A stretch of DNA of 64,000 nucleotides from a virus (taxonomy: Duplodnaviria; Caudoviricetes). Location of the stretch: positions 121,387-185,386 of IMG/VR virus record IMGVR_UViG_3300030330_004160. One strand, given 5' to 3'. A program made the position numbers and the translations under genes. Position 1 is the first letter of the stretch, and each line of letters starts with the position of its first letter. Shown piece by piece: positions 37,839-47,699 of this stretch. The notes beneath the pieces are model-generated. The model saw only the letters and a program-made list of their open reading frames with translations. It did no database searches and was not told the origin of the DNA.

Positions 37839-38804
37839 ATGAATCCGTTTGATGCTTTGGGCACTAAAATAAGAGATAAGGGCATTGTCAACGCCCATGC
37901 TCATTTTGATAGGGCTTACACTCTAACAAAAGAAGACATGGAAAATGTCGTATACAAACAACTTGAAGAGAAATGGAGAGTTGTAGACAAATATAAAAGA
38001 AATGCAACGACAGCAGACTATTATAAAAATATAACTTCAGCCTTGGCCTCTCAAAGAGGTTTTGGTGTTAACACTTGTCTTTCATTTATTGATATCGACC
38101 CAGTGGTCAAAGATAAAGCCATAACGGCGGCAGTTCAAGCCAAAGATTTTGCGAAGATGTACAACATGGAATTTAAGATTGCTTGTCAAACTCTTAAAGG
38201 TATTTTAAATCCAAAATGTCGTATGATGATTGAGAAGCATTTAGAAATGAATAATATCGATGTCATAGGCTCACTACCAGCAGCGGATGTTTCGCAAGTA
38301 GATCACTTGGATATCATATTTCGCCTAGCAAAGAAGTATAATAAAAGAATTCATGTGCATGTTGATCAATTAAACGATTCACGACAACGAGAGACAGAAC
38401 TGCTAGCACGCAAAACAATGCTCCATGGATGGGAAGGTAAAGTCACAGCAGTCCACAGCATTAGTCTTGCTGCTCACCCGAAGCATTATAGAGAAAAAGT
38501 ATACTCCATGGCTAAAGACGCTGGTCTTAGTTTTGTGTGCTGTCCTATCGCTTGGATTGACCATCGACGCAGCGAAACAATGTCTGTGACGCACAATGCG
38601 ATTACTCCTGTTGATGAAATGATAGAGCATGACTTGGTTGTTGCCTTGGGAACTGACAACATTCATGACATTTATAAGCCTTACAACGATGGCAACATGA
38701 TGACCGAACTTCGATTTCTTCTGGAGGCCCTGCATATCTATGATGATGACGTTTTAACGCAAATAATAACAGAGAACGGCAGAAAAGTAATATCAGATAT
38801 CTAG
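37839..38804 (+). CDS. Cytosine-deaminase-like metal-dependent amidohydrolase
   Basis: NAHAHFDR, HVHVDQ, AVHSISL, GTDNIHD; TTGACA promoter at 37789. Confidence 0.8.
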   Translation: MNPFDALGTKIRDKGIVNAHAHFDRAYTLTKEDMENVVYKQLEEKWRVVDKYKRNATTADYYKNITSALASQRGFGVNTCLSFIDIDPVVKDKAITAAVQAKDFAKMYNMEFKIACQTLKGILNPKCRMMIEKHLEMNNIDVIGSLPAADVSQVDHLDIIFRLAKKYNKRIHVHVDQLNDSRQRETELLARKTMLHGWEGKVTAVHSISLAAHPKHYREKVYSMAKDAGLSFVCCPIAWIDHRRSETMSVTHNAITPVDEMIEHDLVVALGTDNIHDIYKPYNDGNMMTELRFLLEALHIYDDDVLTQIITENGRKVISDI

Positions 38805-38814
38805 TTACTTTAGG

Positions 38815-39003
38815 ATGCTATGGAAAGAACTGCGATGTATTAAGGAATTGGCAGGCATTGAAAAAGGAACTCTTGCGTGTGTTTTCCGAGATGTGCCGGG
38901 AGAAAAATTCATATGGATATATGTAAACCATTCCATATATAATGTACGACAGTTTAAAATTCCAAAAAGTATTTTAAAGGAACACTTTGCATGTTTAAGT
39001 TAG
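38815..39003 (+). CDS. Hypothetical protein
   Basis: 62-aa ORF just after a CTAGTTA motif. Confidence 0.45.
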   Translation: MLWKELRCIKELAGIEKGTLACVFRDVPGEKFIWIYVNHSIYNVRQFKIPKSILKEHFACLS

Positions 39004-39194
39004 GAGATTTAGTTAGATATGTGCCCTACAACTCCGAGACGCCAGGATCATGGATCATGTATGGAGGCATTGGAATCATAGTCGCCATTCTCCCAGATAT
39101 GCAGAGCAGCGTTCAAGTATATAAAGTAAGATGGCTTGAAAATATGGAGGAGTCGCTACTTCCAGGTGATTTTTTGAAAATATTGGAGATTTAA
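38991..39194 (+). CDS. Small SH3/KOW-like protein (array family outlier)
   Basis: MFKLGDLVRY...GIGIIV...YKVRW...FLKIL. Confidence 0.6.
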   Translation: MFKLGDLVRYVPYNSETPGSWIMYGGIGIIVAILPDMQSSVQVYKVRWLENMEESLLPGDFLKILEI

Positions 39195-39487
39195 TGAAAT
39201 TAGACCACATTGCTGTCAATGTTGAAAACATTGAAAGAAGTATAAAATGGTATGTTGAAAATTTACAAGGAAAAATCCTTTACCAAGATGAAACTTGGGC
39301 ACTTTTAAGAGTACAGGAGACAAAGATTGCTTTGACCATGGCATCACAACACAAGCCGCACATTGGCTTTAGGGTTGAGCACTTGATGGATTTTGATAGA
39401 GAGGAGATCAAAAGACATAGAGATGGTTCAAGGTACGTATATAGAGAAGACCCTGACGGTAACGTCATTGAGTGGGTTTGTTATTAG
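39194..39487 (+). CDS. VOC/glyoxalase family protein
   Basis: LDHIAVNV...SIKWY, HIGF, DPDGNVIE. Confidence 0.85.
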   Translation: MKLDHIAVNVENIERSIKWYVENLQGKILYQDETWALLRVQETKIALTMASQHKPHIGFRVEHLMDFDREEIKRHRDGSRYVYREDPDGNVIEWVCY

Positions 39488-39667
39488 GAGGTAACTATGA
39501 ATGGAGGCATTTATCGGATATTGGGCATTGGCATGCATCGCATTGATGTTTACGATGCCATTGACCGCTTTGGCGATAACCGCACGTCGCAACAAAGCAG
39601 CAGATGAAAGACTACAGATTGCTATTTTGAAAGCAATCGCAGAGCATCAAAAAAAACTAAATAACAC

Positions 39668-39696
39668 TTGACAAAACTGAATCCTCGGGATATAAT
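39668..39696 (+). promoter_or_regulatory. Sigma70-like promoter of the DnaE gene
   Basis: TTGACA-17-TATAAT. Confidence 0.8.
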
Positions 39697-39718
39697 ATTG
39701 TATACTTTGGAGGAAGTT

Positions 39719-42700
39719 ATGAGTGATATTAAGTTTGTTGGGCTTCACGCTCATTCCGTTGCAGGTTCCCCATTTGATGGGTTTGGTTTTCCTCAAGACC
39801 ATATGGACTTTGCTTACGAGAATGGGTGTGGCGCCCTTGCGTTGACAGACCATGGTAACATGAATGGTTTGTCTTATCAAGTCCTCCATGCTAAGAAGAT
39901 GGCCAAAGAAGGTAAAGACTTCAAGCCCATCTTTGGTGTGGAGGCTTACTTTATTCCGTCTGTCTCGGAATGGAAGGAAAGATACGAGGAGCACAAGGCA
40001 GACAAAAAGAAAGCCAAGAAGTTGGATAAGGTCCAATCTGGAACAACGATTGAAAACGAAGGTGAAACAAAGAGTAAAGGACGTTCCGAACTCAATAGAA
40101 GCCGCCACCTCGTTCTTCTTGCGATGAACCAAGAAGGTCTTAACAACATCTTCAAGCTTGTCTCCGAGAGTTATACTGGAGACTATTTTTATCGCAAACC
40201 GAGGATTGATTATGATTTACTTTCAAAATATTCTAGCGGCGTCATTGGGTTGTCTGCTTGTCTTGGTGGTGTTTATGCTGGTAATTATTGGGAACACCGT
40301 GAAGAAGGGGCGGAGGCTGTTCTTGAGGCTATGCGGGAAACAACAAGACGCATGGTTGAGATCTTTGGTGACCGCTGGTATGGAGAACTCCAATGGAACA
40401 ATGTCCCAGAACAGCACGCACTGAACCAGTTCATTATTAAAGTCTGTGGTGAGATGGGCGTAAAACTAGTCTCCACTGCCGACAGTCATTACCCTGACCC
40501 GAATGCTTGGGATGACCGAGAGTTATACAAGCGACTTGGTTGGCTTGGGAAAGGAAAGCCTGAGTGGCTGGACATGACTCTTCCTGTCTCTGTTGAGGAG
40601 ATTGGGTATGAACTATATCCCAAGAATGGCCAACAAATGTGGGATGCCTATAATTATTACAGCAAGGAATGTGGAGCAGAGTACGATGATCAACTCGTTA
40701 TGGATTCGATTGAAGAAAGCCATCGTATTGCTTTTGAACGAGTCGATAGATTTTACCCTGATGACACTGTTCGTCTTCCAGATTTTGTTGTACCTAGCGG
40801 CTATAATGATAATGACTGGTTGAAGCGGCTTTCCTCCGAGGGACTATTCAATATTCTAAAAAAGAATAATTTGATTGACAATAAGAAAACTGTCGCTGAA
40901 TACGAAGAGCGACTCAACCATGAACTCAAAGTCATAGCAGACCGAGGCTTTTCGAAGTACTTCCTGACTATGAAAGCAATCACGGATAGAACAAATGACA
41001 TTCAACTTTCGGGACCTGGCCGAGGGTCTGCTGCTGGTAGCCTTGTTGCTTATGCTCTTGGCATTACTCAAGTGGATCCAATTAAGTATGGACTTCTTTT
41101 CTCACGTTTCCTTCGTGCGGACGCTACTGATTATCCTGACATTGATTATGATGTATCGGATCCTATGGTCTTGAAGGAACACCTCATTGCAGAGTGGGGC
41201 AACAACACTGTAGTTCCAATCAGCAACTTCAACACTTTACAGTTGCGGTCACTTATCAAGGACATATCAAAACTATACGACGTGCCCTTCACAGAGGTTA
41301 ACATGGTGACGAACAAAATGCTCAGAGAGGCCACGCCTCGTGCGAAGGCAGACCATGGCATCAAGGCAGGAGTGTACACACCAACGTTCCACGAGGTTAT
41401 TAAGTACTCCGACTCGCTCCAAAATTTTTTCCATAACTACCCAAAAATCAAGGAACATGTTCTCGGAATCGTTGGGCAGATACGCTCAGTGTCCCGTCAC
41501 GCAGGCGGCGTGGTGATTGGGGAAGAACTTGATAAGCACATGCCTCTTATTGCATCGAAGGGTGTGCGGCAAACTCCGTGGTCCGAAGGACAAAACGTGC
41601 GACACTTGGAGCCACTCGGCTTCATTAAGTTTGATATCTTGGGACTCTCAACACTTCGAATGATTGAAGGTTGTATCGAAAGAGTTCTCCGTCGGCATCA
41701 TGGCATTGACAATCCAAACTTCGCAGACATAATAAATTATTATAACAAAACTCTCCACCCAGATGTGTTGGATATTGACAACCAGAAAGTGTATGAAGAA
41801 GTCTTCCATAAAGGCAAGTTTGCAGGAATCTTCCAGTTCACCGAGACCGGAGCACAGGCACTGGCCACAAAGGCACAGCCCCGAAGCATCATCGACCTTT
41901 CGGCGATTACATCAATCTATCGTCCGGGTCCGCTGTCTGCTGGGGTAGATAAAGACTACATCATGGCAAAGAATAATCCACATTCGATTCCATACTTGAA
42001 CGATACGGTACGAAATATTACCGAAGAAACCTACGGTTTCCTCATCTTCCAAGAACAGATTGCGCTCCTAGCCCACAAGTTAGGCAAAGACCTTACACTT
42101 GACGAAGGTAACCTATTACGCAAAGTTCTGACCAAGAAAGGGACAGGAAAAGGTGCCGAGGTTAAGATGAAGATACACGATAAGTTTATCGCTGGTTGCG
42201 TTGAGAAAAGGATCCCGGTCAAGCGAGCCGAGAAACTTTGGCAAACATTCGAATACTTCTCTGGCTATGGATTCAACAAGTCTCACGCCGTCAGTTATTC
42301 GATGATATCATATCAGTGCGCTTGGCTATATTATCATTACCCAGCGGAATGGATGGCATCTTTCCTTGATAGAGAGCCCGAAACTCGCAAGGAAAAGGCA
42401 ATCAATATCGCCAAGTCGCATGGCTTTGAGATTGACAACCTCAATGTTAATACTTCGGGTATGCATTGGGAGATACTTGACAACCGTCTCGTCGCTCCGC
42501 TCACAACCATCAAAGGTCTTGGGGAGAAAGCCATCGAACAGATTCTTGCCAACCGTCCATTTCAAAAGATTGAGGACTTCCTTTTCAACGAGAACATCGT
42601 GTACAGCAAACTTAACAAGAAGGCACTTGATGTTCTTATCCGAGCAGGTGCGATGGAGGATCTCATCGACGATAGGTTCACAGGAGATAAGCACTTCTGG

Positions 42701-43159
42701 TCGGCGGTGTGTGTTGACCGCCCAAGGAAGCCGAAGAACCTTGTCGACAACATTGAGACTTACAAGCCCGAAGGATCATTCACAGAAGAAGAGACTATAT
42801 CGTTCATCACAGATTTGACGGGAATGTTCCCATTCTCTCTGGTGGTTACGCCGGACGTTGAGGACAGACTGGCTGACCTTTGTGTGCCGCCAATCTCAGA
42901 GTACGACCCAGACTTAATGTTATGCTGGGTTATCCCAAGAGAGATTTTGCTCAAGAAAACTAAGAGAGGCAAGCCATATTATCAGGTTGAAGTCATTGAT
43001 TCAAACTCAAAGATGACCCGTATCCGCTGTTGGGGCATCGACCCCGAGAGAGATATTCTTCATATCAATCGCCCGTATCTTATGAGACCGACATATAATG
43101 AGGACTGGGGATTCTCAACCCGAGGACCCGTTGGAAAAACTTGGAAATTGTTAGGGTAA
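39719..43159 (+). CDS. dnaE: DNA polymerase III alpha subunit (family C)
   Basis: PHP domain LHAHS/TDHGN, GRGSAAGSL, PDIDYD, HAGG, KFDILGL, RPGP, YGFNKSHA; SD GGAGG before ATG 39719. Confidence 0.95.
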   Translation: MSDIKFVGLHAHSVAGSPFDGFGFPQDHMDFAYENGCGALALTDHGNMNGLSYQVLHAKKMAKEGKDFKPIFGVEAYFIPSVSEWKERYEEHKADKKKAKKLDKVQSGTTIENEGETKSKGRSELNRSRHLVLLAMNQEGLNNIFKLVSESYTGDYFYRKPRIDYDLLSKYSSGVIGLSACLGGVYAGNYWEHREEGAEAVLEAMRETTRRMVEIFGDRWYGELQWNNVPEQHALNQFIIKVCGEMGVKLVSTADSHYPDPNAWDDRELYKRLGWLGKGKPEWLDMTLPVSVEEIGYELYPKNGQQMWDAYNYYSKECGAEYDDQLVMDSIEESHRIAFERVDRFYPDDTVRLPDFVVPSGYNDNDWLKRLSSEGLFNILKKNNLIDNKKTVAEYEERLNHELKVIADRGFSKYFLTMKAITDRTNDIQLSGPGRGSAAGSLVAYALGITQVDPIKYGLLFSRFLRADATDYPDIDYDVSDPMVLKEHLIAEWGNNTVVPISNFNTLQLRSLIKDISKLYDVPFTEVNMVTNKMLREATPRAKADHGIKAGVYTPTFHEVIKYSDSLQNFFHNYPKIKEHVLGIVGQIRSVSRHAGGVVIGEELDKHMPLIASKGVRQTPWSEGQNVRHLEPLGFIKFDILGLSTLRMIEGCIERVLRRHHGIDNPNFADIINYYNKTLHPDVLDIDNQKVYEEVFHKGKFAGIFQFTETGAQALATKAQPRSIIDLSAITSIYRPGPLSAGVDKDYIMAKNNPHSIPYLNDTVRNITEETYGFLIFQEQIALLAHKLGKDLTLDEGNLLRKVLTKKGTGKGAEVKMKIHDKFIAGCVEKRIPVKRAEKLWQTFEYFSGYGFNKSHAVSYSMISYQCAWLYYHYPAEWMASFLDREPETRKEKAINIAKSHGFEIDNLNVNTSGMHWEILDNRLVAPLTTIKGLGEKAIEQILANRPFQKIEDFLFNENIVYSKLNKKALDVLIRAGAMEDLIDDRFTGDKHFWSAVCVDRPRKPKNLVDNIETYKPEGSFTEEETISFITDLTGMFPFSLVVTPDVEDRLADLCVPPISEYDPDLMLCWVIPREILLKKTKRGKPYYQVEVIDSNSKMTRIRCWGIDPERDILHINRPYLMRPTYNEDWGFSTRGPVGKTWKLLG

Positions 43160-43163
43160 GTAC

Positions 43164-43191
43164 TTGACAAAGTTAGAGAATCGGTTATATT
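43164..43191 (+). promoter_or_regulatory. Sigma70-like promoter
   Basis: TTGACA-16-TATATT. Confidence 0.7.
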
Positions 43192-43214
43192 ATTAACATC
43201 AACAAGGAGGAAAT

Positions 43215-43505
43215 ATGTTGTACAATTTTAAAAACAAAGAACAAGTCGTGGTTATGGCCACAGCAGATGAGGCAAAGACTAAAGAACAGCACATGGCTGA
43301 CTATATTGCCTCACTAAAGGCCATTGAAGAAGCGATGGAACCATTCAAAGAGCAAAAGCGAGAACTCAAGGGCGAGTACGTTGAGAACGGCTGGCTCACC
43401 AAAGAAGACATTAGTCTTACCGTTAAGGCATATCGTCTTCTCAAAGATGATGTGGACATTGGTGCGCTCATCGATATCTATGAGTCCTTGAAAGGAGGAA
43501 AGTGA
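43215..43505 (+). CDS. Small dsDNA-binding protein (T4 DsbA/GapR-like)
   Basis: Helical YIASLKAIEEAME..KEQKRELK.EY.ENG pattern and size. Confidence 0.5.
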   Translation: MLYNFKNKEQVVVMATADEAKTKEQHMADYIASLKAIEEAMEPFKEQKRELKGEYVENGWLTKEDISLTVKAYRLLKDDVDIGALIDIYESLKGGK

Positions 43506-43506
43506 G

Positions 43507-44103
43507 ATGAACAAAGCCGAAATCAATGAACTGCAAAGCATACTCCAGCGGCTTTTTGAGTTTCAAGTCAAGGTGGACACCAACTTGCTGCACAATTATA
43601 AATGGAGAGAGGTGCTCCAAGCAGGAGCAGCATCAGAGGTGTTCCCTGGCTTTGAGTCCACACCTGGGGTAAATGGGATTGATTTCACATCATCTAATGT
43701 TACAAAGGGTGAACTTAAATCCTGCAAGGGCCGCAAACTTAAAAATGGAAACTGGTCGAAGAACAGTGTGAAATTTGAGTTTGATAAACAGAATGATAAT
43801 ATCCGCCGGGTAGAAACTCTAAGATATAACGGATTGATGTTTTCAATGTTTCATAATGAAAAAATAGTTTTCAACTTTGTTATTAAATCGCCAACAGCCC
43901 TTAGGCAGTTCACTGCGCTGGCAACTTACAAGCAGCAAGAGTTTATTAAAGAAATGAACCAATGCAAAGCGGCAAACAAGAAACTACCCAGAGATACGAT
44001 TGTATTCTATTACAATGATTTGTTGGCCATAACGAACGCAGAATATTACATTAACGGGAAGAGAGCCACAACAGCACAGTTCAAACAACTTTTTGGAGAA
44101 TAA
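43507..44103 (+). CDS. Putative restriction endonuclease (PD-(D/E)xK)
   Basis: WRE...GIDF...GELKS; abuts an MTase gene. Confidence 0.5.
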   Translation: MNKAEINELQSILQRLFEFQVKVDTNLLHNYKWREVLQAGAASEVFPGFESTPGVNGIDFTSSNVTKGELKSCKGRKLKNGNWSKNSVKFEFDKQNDNIRRVETLRYNGLMFSMFHNEKIVFNFVIKSPTALRQFTALATYKQQEFIKEMNQCKAANKKLPRDTIVFYYNDLLAITNAEYYINGKRATTAQFKQLFGE

Positions 44104-45159
44104 ATGAAAATTAAAACAGTACCATACAAAGGCTCAAAGAAAAGATTACTTGAGTCGATTCTCAAAATCTCAGAAGAGATTGAGTTTGATACATTCTTCG
44201 ATGGATTCTCCGGAACAGGAGTGGTGTCAGCGTATATGAGAAGCAAAGGCTACACTGTCGCTGCGAATGATAAGATGGCCTCTTGTTGTTTGTTTGGCGA
44301 AGTGTTTCTGAATGGATTCGATAAGACAATAGTGCAAGCACATCTAGACAAGATTAACAAAATCACACCAACGGAAGGATGGCTAACGCAGAACTATTCT
44401 GGTGAAGCAAGTCGTGTTATTCGTGGGACCAAAGGTAAGATTGAAAGTAGACCTAAGGGATTTACCAAGTCGAATACAATGAAAATAGATGCCGCTAGGG
44501 ATTATGTTGAGACTCTCCCCGATTCTTTGGAGAAGAACGCACTAATATTTTCTATTATTCTAGCAGCAAACAAAGTTTTCAACAACACTAGTGACCAGAA
44601 GTCCTGCTTCAAGAAGTGGATTCCAGCAGCCCTAAAAGATGTAGTGTTTGAAATGCCCACCAATATTGAAGGCCCTATCGGAAAACAATATAACGATAAC
44701 ATTTTAAATCTAAATAGACCTAAAGCAGATGTAGTCTATCTAGACCCGCCGTATACGACAGGGGTTTTATACGACGCTAGTTACCATTTAAACGACAGTA
44801 TAGCAAAATGGGACAAGCCAGACTTGGACCACAGTTATGCTATTCCTCGTCCAAAGAGTGTAGCATTTCGAAAGAATAAACAAAAAGCAGGAACCTTCTA
44901 TTATAAGAAGGAAGCCAAGCGAGAGTTCGAACAACTATTAACTTCTTTCGAATGTAAGAGGATCATCTTGTCTTACAGCGATGCTCCCAGAAATGTTTTA
45001 AGTTACGAGGAACTCGCCGAAGTGTGTAACAAAGTAGGATCTCTAAAGATCCTTACCAAAGATCATAAGATTTGTATGCAAGCAAAATCTTTAAACAAGA
45101 TCTCAGAAGAATTGAAAGAATTCTTTTTCATCATTGATATAAAACAGGAGAAGAAATGA
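44104..45159 (+). CDS. DNA adenine methyltransferase (D12/FokI-type)
   Basis: YKGSK, FDGFSGTG, KIDAAR, YLDPPY, LSYS. Confidence 0.9.
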   Translation: MKIKTVPYKGSKKRLLESILKISEEIEFDTFFDGFSGTGVVSAYMRSKGYTVAANDKMASCCLFGEVFLNGFDKTIVQAHLDKINKITPTEGWLTQNYSGEASRVIRGTKGKIESRPKGFTKSNTMKIDAARDYVETLPDSLEKNALIFSIILAANKVFNNTSDQKSCFKKWIPAALKDVVFEMPTNIEGPIGKQYNDNILNLNRPKADVVYLDPPYTTGVLYDASYHLNDSIAKWDKPDLDHSYAIPRPKSVAFRKNKQKAGTFYYKKEAKREFEQLLTSFECKRIILSYSDAPRNVLSYEELAEVCNKVGSLKILTKDHKICMQAKSLNKISEELKEFFFIIDIKQEKK

Positions 45160-45623
45160 TACTTGAATATGCAAAAGTTAGATCTGATGCGATTGAGCCC
45201 TCACGGGCCAACCCATCTGATGCTGGGCTTGACGTGTTCTACTGCCCGTCAACTCTTGATTGGAGCGGAATAACAATCAACCCAGGTGAAAGTAAGATAG
45301 TTCCGACCGGGCTTCGCTTTGGAGTTCCGCACGGATTCATGCTGGAGGTCAAAAACAGAAGTTCAGTCGCTGCCAAGAAAAGTCTGCTTGTCGGCGCTTG
45401 TGTTGTTGACCCAGGCTACGATGGAGAGTTGTTTGTAAACCTTCACAATGTAGGCAATGGCGAGCAGTTTGTCGCTGCTGGTGATAAGATAGCACAAATT
45501 GTTATGATCCCTGTGGTCCACTTCAGGGCTTGTGAGAGCGAGTCAGGAGATCTCTACAACTGGGAGCAGATTGCAATCTCTGAGAGAGGCGATGGAGCCT
45601 TGGGGAGCACCGATGAGCAATGA
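45156..45623 (+). CDS. dut: Trimeric dUTPase
   Basis: DAGLD, RSS, VVDPGYDGE, GDKIAQ, RGDGALGST. Confidence 0.95.
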   Translation: MILEYAKVRSDAIEPSRANPSDAGLDVFYCPSTLDWSGITINPGESKIVPTGLRFGVPHGFMLEVKNRSSVAAKKSLLVGACVVDPGYDGELFVNLHNVGNGEQFVAAGDKIAQIVMIPVVHFRACESESGDLYNWEQIAISERGDGALGSTDEQ

Positions 45624-45957
45624 AGAACAAAAGCCTAATGTCTGGCTTATAGACATTGATGGGACTGTTTGCGAGGATATTCCAAATGAACAGTCCCATC
45701 TGTTCCCATCTGCTTATGTCTACGAGGGAGCACTAGAAAAGGTCTTAGAACTCCAGAAAACTGGGGACATTTTCTTTTTCACCGCTCGTCGAAGCGAACA
45801 CGCAGAGGCAACAGAGGAGTGGCTTACGAGGCACGGCTTTCCGTTTGAGAGGGTAATCTATGATAAGCCGCGAATCAAGAAAGGCCAGACGTACAACTGG
45901 GTAGACAATAGGTTTGTCCTAGGGCATTGGGTTCCACGAGGTATAACACAGTTATGA
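45613..45957 (+). CDS. HAD-superfamily phosphatase
   Basis: IDIDGT, FTAR, TEEWL, DKPR, VDN. Confidence 0.8.
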   Translation: MSNEEQKPNVWLIDIDGTVCEDIPNEQSHLFPSAYVYEGALEKVLELQKTGDIFFFTARRSEHAEATEEWLTRHGFPFERVIYDKPRIKKGQTYNWVDNRFVLGHWVPRGITQL

Positions 45958-46217
45958 ATAGAGCACAAAGAAGAAAACTAGGACTCAAGAAAGATCCCCA
46001 AAAGAAAATAGAAAAACAAATGGGGCTTTTTGATAAACTTCCTGACCATTGTCTTGCATGTCAAAAACCTTATGACAAGACAAATAAACAAATGGCAATG
46101 AGATGGACCGTTGTCGTCAAGGAGCAAGACGAAGAAACACCGGTTAGGCTTTATTGTGACGTGTGTTGGGACACTGCCCAAAGAGTGCTCAGAGAATATA
46201 ACGAGAGTGGTAAATAA
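45954..46217 (+). CDS. Small zinc-finger-like protein
   Basis: MNRAQRR start; CLAC...CDVC. Confidence 0.55.
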   Translation: MNRAQRRKLGLKKDPQKKIEKQMGLFDKLPDHCLACQKPYDKTNKQMAMRWTVVVKEQDEETPVRLYCDVCWDTAQRVLREYNESGK

Positions 46218-46253
46218 TAAGTCTAGCAAACTAAATATTGGTGTAATCTTCAC

Positions 46254-46583
46254 ATGTCCGAACAACAATCTAAAAAAAAGAAAATCGTCTTTGATGATAC
46301 TGACATTCGTCACGCTCAACTCAAGGTAAGGCTTCAACACGATGGCCTATCCCAGGCTGAGTTTTTTCGCTGTATGATAACTGGATATATCAACAAGGAC
46401 CAGACTTTGTTACAATATGTCCAAGACTACAAAGCCACCAAGAATATTCAGAGTAAAACAAAACGAAAGAAGATACAGAAAGATATTGAAGTTGGAGATG
46501 ACCTGATGGCAAAGTTTGGCATCAAAGAGGATGAGATTGAAAATATTTTTGATCTAATAGCAGAAGAGCATCCGGATCTATAA
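46254..46583 (+). CDS. Hypothetical protein (possible ribbon-helix-helix DNA binder)
   Basis: KKIVF...HAQLKVRL..DGLSQAEFFR. Confidence 0.4.
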   Translation: MSEQQSKKKKIVFDDTDIRHAQLKVRLQHDGLSQAEFFRCMITGYINKDQTLLQYVQDYKATKNIQSKTKRKKIQKDIEVGDDLMAKFGIKEDEIENIFDLIAEEHPDL

Positions 46584-46661
46584 AAAAACATATTTTTTGG
46601 TGTTTTTCTTGTTCTGCGTTATAATTACTACGAATAATGTATTAAAGGAGTTTATTCTATT

Positions 46662-47255
46662 ATGGCCAAGAAAACTTTACTTAACGAAGCAACGGTTCGT
46701 CGCTTCATGGGACTTGCTGGAATGCAAGCAAACGTAGTCTCCAGTCATCTCAAGGAAAATTATGCTGAGATGGAAGAAGATTACATGGAAGAAGGACAGT
46801 ATATGGAGGATGATGAAGATCCCTCTGATGATGCTGAAGCACCTGAAGTGGATGATGTCGCTGTAGACGTTGAAGATGAAGAAGACGCTGCTGACGAAAT
46901 GGACGCGGGAGAAGAACCAGAGGCATCTATTGATGAAGATCAGATTGCCGCCGCTATGGAGGCCCTCGCTGATCTAGAAGCCCTTGTAGAGCCCCTTGCC
47001 GCTGCTGCTGGGCTTGACATGGATGACGAAGGCGACATGGCAGATGACGAACCAGAGATGGACATGCCTGATATGGATATGCCTGACATGGCTGCTGATG
47101 CTGAGGCTGAAGCCGATGCTGAGATGGCCGCTGATGAGCCCGAAGCAATGGACGACGACGCTGTTGTAATGGAAGTTGCTAAGAGAGTTGCTCGTCGCAT
47201 CCTCAAGGCACGCAAAGCACAAGCGATGCTTGATGAGGCGCTTGGCAACAAATAA
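46662..47255 (+). CDS. Highly acidic scaffold/internal head protein
   Basis: D/E/M/A-rich core; LLNE and LKE sites; terminal VMEVAKRVARRI helix. Confidence 0.55.
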   Translation: MAKKTLLNEATVRRFMGLAGMQANVVSSHLKENYAEMEEDYMEEGQYMEDDEDPSDDAEAPEVDDVAVDVEDEEDAADEMDAGEEPEASIDEDQIAAAMEALADLEALVEPLAAAAGLDMDDEGDMADDEPEMDMPDMDMPDMAADAEAEADAEMAADEPEAMDDDAVVMEVAKRVARRILKARKAQAMLDEALGNK

Positions 47256-47256
47256 T

Positions 47257-47285
47257 TTGACAATCATCTGATTGCGTGTTATAAT
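47257..47285 (+). promoter_or_regulatory. Sigma70-like promoter
   Basis: TTGACA-17-TATAAT, followed by a terminator-like hairpin at 47288-47313. Confidence 0.65.
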
Positions 47286-47327
47286 GGAAGGCGGGGGTAA
47301 CCTCGTCTTTTTTATTTGGAGGTTAAA

Positions 47328-47699
47328 ATGTTATTCTGGGTTCAAGTTTCGCTGGCTTTCGTGGCCGGCATTATTTGGAGCAAATTTTGGAGCAATCTAG
47401 TGTACAGCGGATTCTCCATTATAATGATGAAGAAGACACAGTTAGAGTGCCTCAAGATAATGGACCATGTCAACACTTCGATGGAGTTGGCAATGGACAT
47501 GAAATATAAACATCTAGAAAAGGCAGATTTTAGTGAAAGAAACCTTGAAGGTGAAAAAAAGCTTGATCAACATGTTCTTAACGGAATGAGAAATAACATG
47601 GTGAGTACCTTGGTAGTATCAATGCCTCGCTCGCATGTTAGTATCGCTAAATATGATGATTGGGATAGTGCAATGAAATTTCTTAAGGAGAACAAATGA
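47328..47699 (+). CDS. Hypothetical membrane protein
   Basis: N-terminal TM helix; SD GGAGG. Confidence 0.55.
   Translation: MLFWVQVSLAFVAGIIWSKFWSNLVYSGFSIIMMKKTQLECLKIMDHVNTSMELAMDMKYKHLEKADFSERNLEGEKKLDQHVLNGMRNNMVSTLVVSMPRSHVSIAKYDDWDSAMKFLKENK

Noticed and set aside
23149-43159. Inteins or introns in RecA, helicase, RNR or DnaE
   Set aside because: Protein lengths are normal, motifs are contiguous, and no C...HN splice motifs or LAGLIDADG inserts were seen.
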